Shown in pieces: positions 61,186 through 64,000 of a stretch of 64,000 nt of DNA. The notes below the pieces were generated by a model. It was not told the origin of the DNA. It ran no database searches and saw nothing but the letters and a program-made list of their open reading frames with translations. The position numbers were made by a program, and so were the translations under genes. Position 1 is the stretch's first letter, and each line of letters begins with the position of its first letter. The DNA is from Candidatus Saccharimonadota bacterium (GTDB lineage Bacteria; Patescibacteriota; Saccharimonadia; Saccharimonadales; JACOTW01). The stretch lies in contig JACOTW010000003.1 of assembly GCA_016178135.1 (NCBI GenBank), positions 472-64,471 on the forward strand, written 5' to 3'.

Positions 61186-61479
61186 ATGGCGAAATTGTCT
61201 AAAGATGATGTATTAAAATTGGCTCGATTGGCTCGCTTGCAGTTAAGTGATGGCGAGGTTGATCAGTTTAGACAAGAAATTGAGGCGATATTAGGCTATG
61301 TTGAACAGCTTGGGGAGGTAGATTTGACTGACTTTGAGCCGACCAATCAAGTAACGGGGCTGACAAATGTTATGAGACCGGATGTAATTAAAAACTATGG
61401 GGTGACTCCCAGAGAGTTGCTGAAGAATGCTCCAGCTACTCAGGAGGGTCATATCAAAGTCAGAAGGATGCTGACTTGA
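61186..61479 (+). CDS. gatC: Asp-tRNA(Asn)/Glu-tRNA(Gln) amidotransferase subunit C
   Basis: LSKDDVLKLARLARLQLSDGEVDQF…LGYVEQL GatC pattern; ATGA overlap with gatA. Confidence 0.85.
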   Translation: MAKLSKDDVLKLARLARLQLSDGEVDQFRQEIEAILGYVEQLGEVDLTDFEPTNQVTGLTNVMRPDVIKNYGVTPRELLKNAPATQEGHIKVRRMLT

Positions 61480-62906
61480 GCCAGTGGCAATCGATTACTA
61501 AGCTAGCAAATGACGTTCAATCTGGCAGGACCAGCGCGAGTGCCTTGGTTGATCAGGCGCTTCAGACAATTGAAGACAAAAAAGAGTTTAACGCCGTAAT
61601 TGTGTCGATTACCGAGCGCGCAAGAGAGCGCGCCAAAAATATTGATAATCGGGTAACCAATGGTGAAACAATTGGCAGACTAGCTGGCGTTCCGTTTATT
61701 GCCAAAGATAATTTTTTGACATTTGGTTCAGACACTACCGCTGCCAGTAATATACTAAAAGGTTTCAAGGCTCCTTATCAGTCGACCGCCATTGAAAGAT
61801 TGGAAGCGGAAGGGGCGATTTGCGTTGCCAAGGCTAATCTGGACGCTTTCGCGCATGGCTCATCAACCGAAAATAGTGATTTTATGACGACCAAAAATCC
61901 TCATGATCCTACCCGTGTGCCCGGCGGCTCTTCTGGTGGATCGGCGGCGGCGGTTATTTTAGATATGGCGCCATTCGCCCTCGGCACGGACACCGGTGGC
62001 TCTATCCGTTTGCCAGCGTCCTTTTGTGGTGCCGTTGGCTATAAGCCAACTTACGGTTTGGTTTCACGTAGCGGTGTTGTGGCTATGGCGAGTAGCACGG
62101 ACGTGATTGGGCCATTGACTCGGACGGTAGAGGATGCGGCTCTGGTTTTGGATGTCATGGCCGGTAAAGATGCCTTAGATTCAACCACGATTGATCGTGA
62201 TCCGACCAGTTACCAAACATCTACTACCAACTACAAATTGGCTAATGCCAAAATCGGTGTTATTCGTGAATATATGGCCGAGGGGCTTGATCCTGGCGTA
62301 AAAAAACAAATTGAAAACGCTATTGAAAAACTGAAAGTTGCCGGAGCTACAGTTAGTGAAATCAGTCTGCCATCACTTCCACTGGCGTTAGCTTGTTATT
62401 ACATAATCATGCCGGCAGAAGTTAGTAGTAACTTGTCGCGCTATGATGGTCAGCGTTATGGATTTTCACACCCCAAAGCAACGTCTTTAGACGATAGTTA
62501 TAATTGGTCTAGAACAGAGGGGTTTGGCAGAGAAGCCAAGCGACGGATTATGATCGGTACTTATGTTTTAAGTAGTGGCTATTACGATGCTTACTATAAA
62601 AAAGCTCAACAACTACGCACTAAGCTGATTGACGAGTTTAGCCAGGCTTTTCGTACGGTTGATTTTATGATTGGCCCAACAGCGCCTACACCTGCGTTTG
62701 AGATCGGGCAAAATATTAGCGATCCGCTCAAAATGTACCTAACGGATATTATGACGGTCGCCGCTAATTTAGTAGGTCTACCAGCAATCAGTATTCCGAT
62801 TGGCCAGATTGATGGTTTACCGATTGGGTTGCAACTTATGGCTGCCCAAAATAAAGATCGGCATTTACTTGGACTAGCTAAAGCAACTGAAGGGATTTTG
62901 AGTTGA
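61476..62906 (+). CDS. gatA: Asp-tRNA(Asn)/Glu-tRNA(Gln) amidotransferase subunit A (amidase signature family)
   Basis: GGSSGGSAAAV amidase signature, Ser-cisSer-Lys triad region. Confidence 0.9.
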   Translation: MSQWQSITKLANDVQSGRTSASALVDQALQTIEDKKEFNAVIVSITERARERAKNIDNRVTNGETIGRLAGVPFIAKDNFLTFGSDTTAASNILKGFKAPYQSTAIERLEAEGAICVAKANLDAFAHGSSTENSDFMTTKNPHDPTRVPGGSSGGSAAAVILDMAPFALGTDTGGSIRLPASFCGAVGYKPTYGLVSRSGVVAMASSTDVIGPLTRTVEDAALVLDVMAGKDALDSTTIDRDPTSYQTSTTNYKLANAKIGVIREYMAEGLDPGVKKQIENAIEKLKVAGATVSEISLPSLPLALACYYIIMPAEVSSNLSRYDGQRYGFSHPKATSLDDSYNWSRTEGFGREAKRRIMIGTYVLSSGYYDAYYKKAQQLRTKLIDEFSQAFRTVDFMIGPTAPTPAFEIGQNISDPLKMYLTDIMTVAANLVGLPAISIPIGQIDGLPIGLQLMAAQNKDRHLLGLAKATEGILS

Positions 62907-63343
62907 ATACAGGAGTTTTAATTATGATTGCTACAGGAGGCGTTTTATTGTTTATTGGCGGATTGTTGATATTGCGACGTATGCCCAAAAAACTGAAACC
63001 GGAATATTTTACTGCAAACTGGCGAGAGCTTCAATCACTATGCGGTGATAGAGCTACTTGGCCACTGGCGCTCTTAGATGCTGATAAGTTACTCGATACA
63101 GCACTAAAGCGTCGACGATTTAAAGGTAAAAGTATGGGTGAGCGTATGGTTTCCGCGCAACGAGTTTTGACGGAAAACGACAGTGCTTGGTATGCCCACA
63201 ATCTAGTAAAAAAAATTGTCGCACGGCCCAATGCTAAATTATTGAAAAGAGATGTAAAACTTGCACTTATGGGTTTCAGACGAGCCTTAAGAGATTTGGG
63301 AGCACTACCAAATGAACACGAGGTAAAAAATGAAAAGTTCTAA
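62903..63343 (+). CDS. Hypothetical N-terminally membrane-anchored protein inserted between gatA and gatB
   Basis: ATGA overlap with gatA; TM segment GVLIMIATGGVLLFIGGLLIL. Confidence 0.4.
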   Translation: MNTGVLIMIATGGVLLFIGGLLILRRMPKKLKPEYFTANWRELQSLCGDRATWPLALLDADKLLDTALKRRRFKGKSMGERMVSAQRVLTENDSAWYAHNLVKKIVARPNAKLLKRDVKLALMGFRRALRDLGALPNEHEVKNEKF

Positions 63344-63361
63344 TGGGACCTGGAGAACTAA

Positions 63362-64000
63362 ATGATTTCAGACAAAGTGCAAAAACAATACACTCCAACC
63401 ATTGGGATTGAGTGCCATGTTCAACTTAAAACTAAAACTAAACTGTTTTCGGCGGCCGGCAATGACGCGCGAGAAGCGCTACCTAATACTTTGATAAGTC
63501 ATATTGATCTTGGTATGCCGGGTGCATTACCGGTTTTAAATGAAAAAGCCGTTGAACTGGGGATGAGGGCTGCTTTTGCACTAAATACAAAACCGCAGAA
63601 ATTAAGCACTTTTGATCGTAAACATTATTTTTATCCTGATTTGCCTACGGGTTATCAGATAACTCAATTTTATAATCCGATAATCAAAGGCGGTCATGTC
63701 ATAGTCAATGTAGATGGCAAGGAAATTAAGGTTAATATACACGAGGCCCATTTGGAGGCAGATGCTGGTAAAAGCATTCATCCGACCGGAAAAGACTATA
63801 GTTTAATAGACCTTAATCGTGTTGGTACGCCACTACTTGAGATTGTCTCCGAGCCTGACATGCATAGTGCCTTAGAGGCCAAGGCTTATGCCAAAGAACT
63901 TTATCTGCTTATGCGTTATGCCGAGGTGTCTGATGCTAATTTGTTTTATGGCAACATGCGTTTTGATGTAAACGTATCTATTAGTACTGATACCAATAAA
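63362..64000 (+). CDS. gatB: Asp-tRNA(Asn)/Glu-tRNA(Gln) amidotransferase subunit B, 3'-truncated by window end
   Basis: MISDKVQKQYTPTIGIECHVQLKTKTKLFS… GatB N-terminus; frame open to 64000 (not in ORF track because no stop). Confidence 0.85.
   Translation, partial: MISDKVQKQYTPTIGIECHVQLKTKTKLFSAAGNDAREALPNTLISHIDLGMPGALPVLNEKAVELGMRAAFALNTKPQKLSTFDRKHYFYPDLPTGYQITQFYNPIIKGGHVIVNVDGKEIKVNIHEAHLEADAGKSIHPTGKDYSLIDLNRVGTPLLEIVSEPDMHSALEAKAYAKELYLLMRYAEVSDANLFYGNMRFDVNVSISTDTNK

Overview
Low-GC (roughly mid-40s % by eye) bacterial chromosome segment read under the standard genetic code. Gene content and organisation (small, tightly packed housekeeping operons, cyoABCD-ctaB quinol oxidase, NDH-2, gatCAB, split transketolase, few regulators) fit a small-genome Candidate Phyla Radiation / Saccharibacteria(TM7)-like organism. 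This is an inference from content, not a database match. Housekeeping genes seen: leuS, rpmF, nusB, rnc, rpsP, KH-protein, trmD, pheST, gatCAB, uvrB, rarA, rmuC, one tRNA-Gln and a gap-rpiB-rpe/tkt-fba-pfkB sugar-phosphate cluster. The dominant non-genic signal is a very dense family of ~115-160-bp palindromic MITE-like repeats: about 20 copies or fragments in 64 kb, in several subfamilies, one with another palindromic element nested inside it. Copies are stop-free in at least three reading frames and sit in frame inside at least four protein-coding genes (glycosyltransferases and envelope membrane proteins). One copy supplies the start of cyoD, and a diverged copy end seems to supply a recurring promoter-like box upstream of leuS, the KH-protein gene, pheS and a glutaredoxin gene. 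This behaviour resembles Rickettsia palindromic elements. Second theme: the conserved rpsP-KH-trmD operon is split by a ~3-kb island. The island carries MITEs, an 11-G tract in the putative promoter of a glycine-rich tail-fibre/adhesin-like gene whose 3' two-thirds is sharply GC-rich (>60% by eye), and an IS481-like transposase fragment. Third theme: a set of Actinobacteria-hallmark genes in this low-GC genome. These are a WhiB-like regulator, nickel SOD plus its SodX maturation peptidase (flanked by inverted MITE copies), a clear Pup homolog ending in GGE, a VKOR, and a Ppm/Pmt-like glycosylation cluster. This is consistent with acquisition from a high-GC host. Other notable items are a Nudix domain inserted into LeuRS, an Rpe fused to the transketolase N-half, three small genes wedged between pheS and pheT, and a ~1-kb hicBA cassette inserted at the uvrB 3' end with a 67-bp duplication. 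No CRISPR array, rRNA gene or reverse transcriptase was seen.
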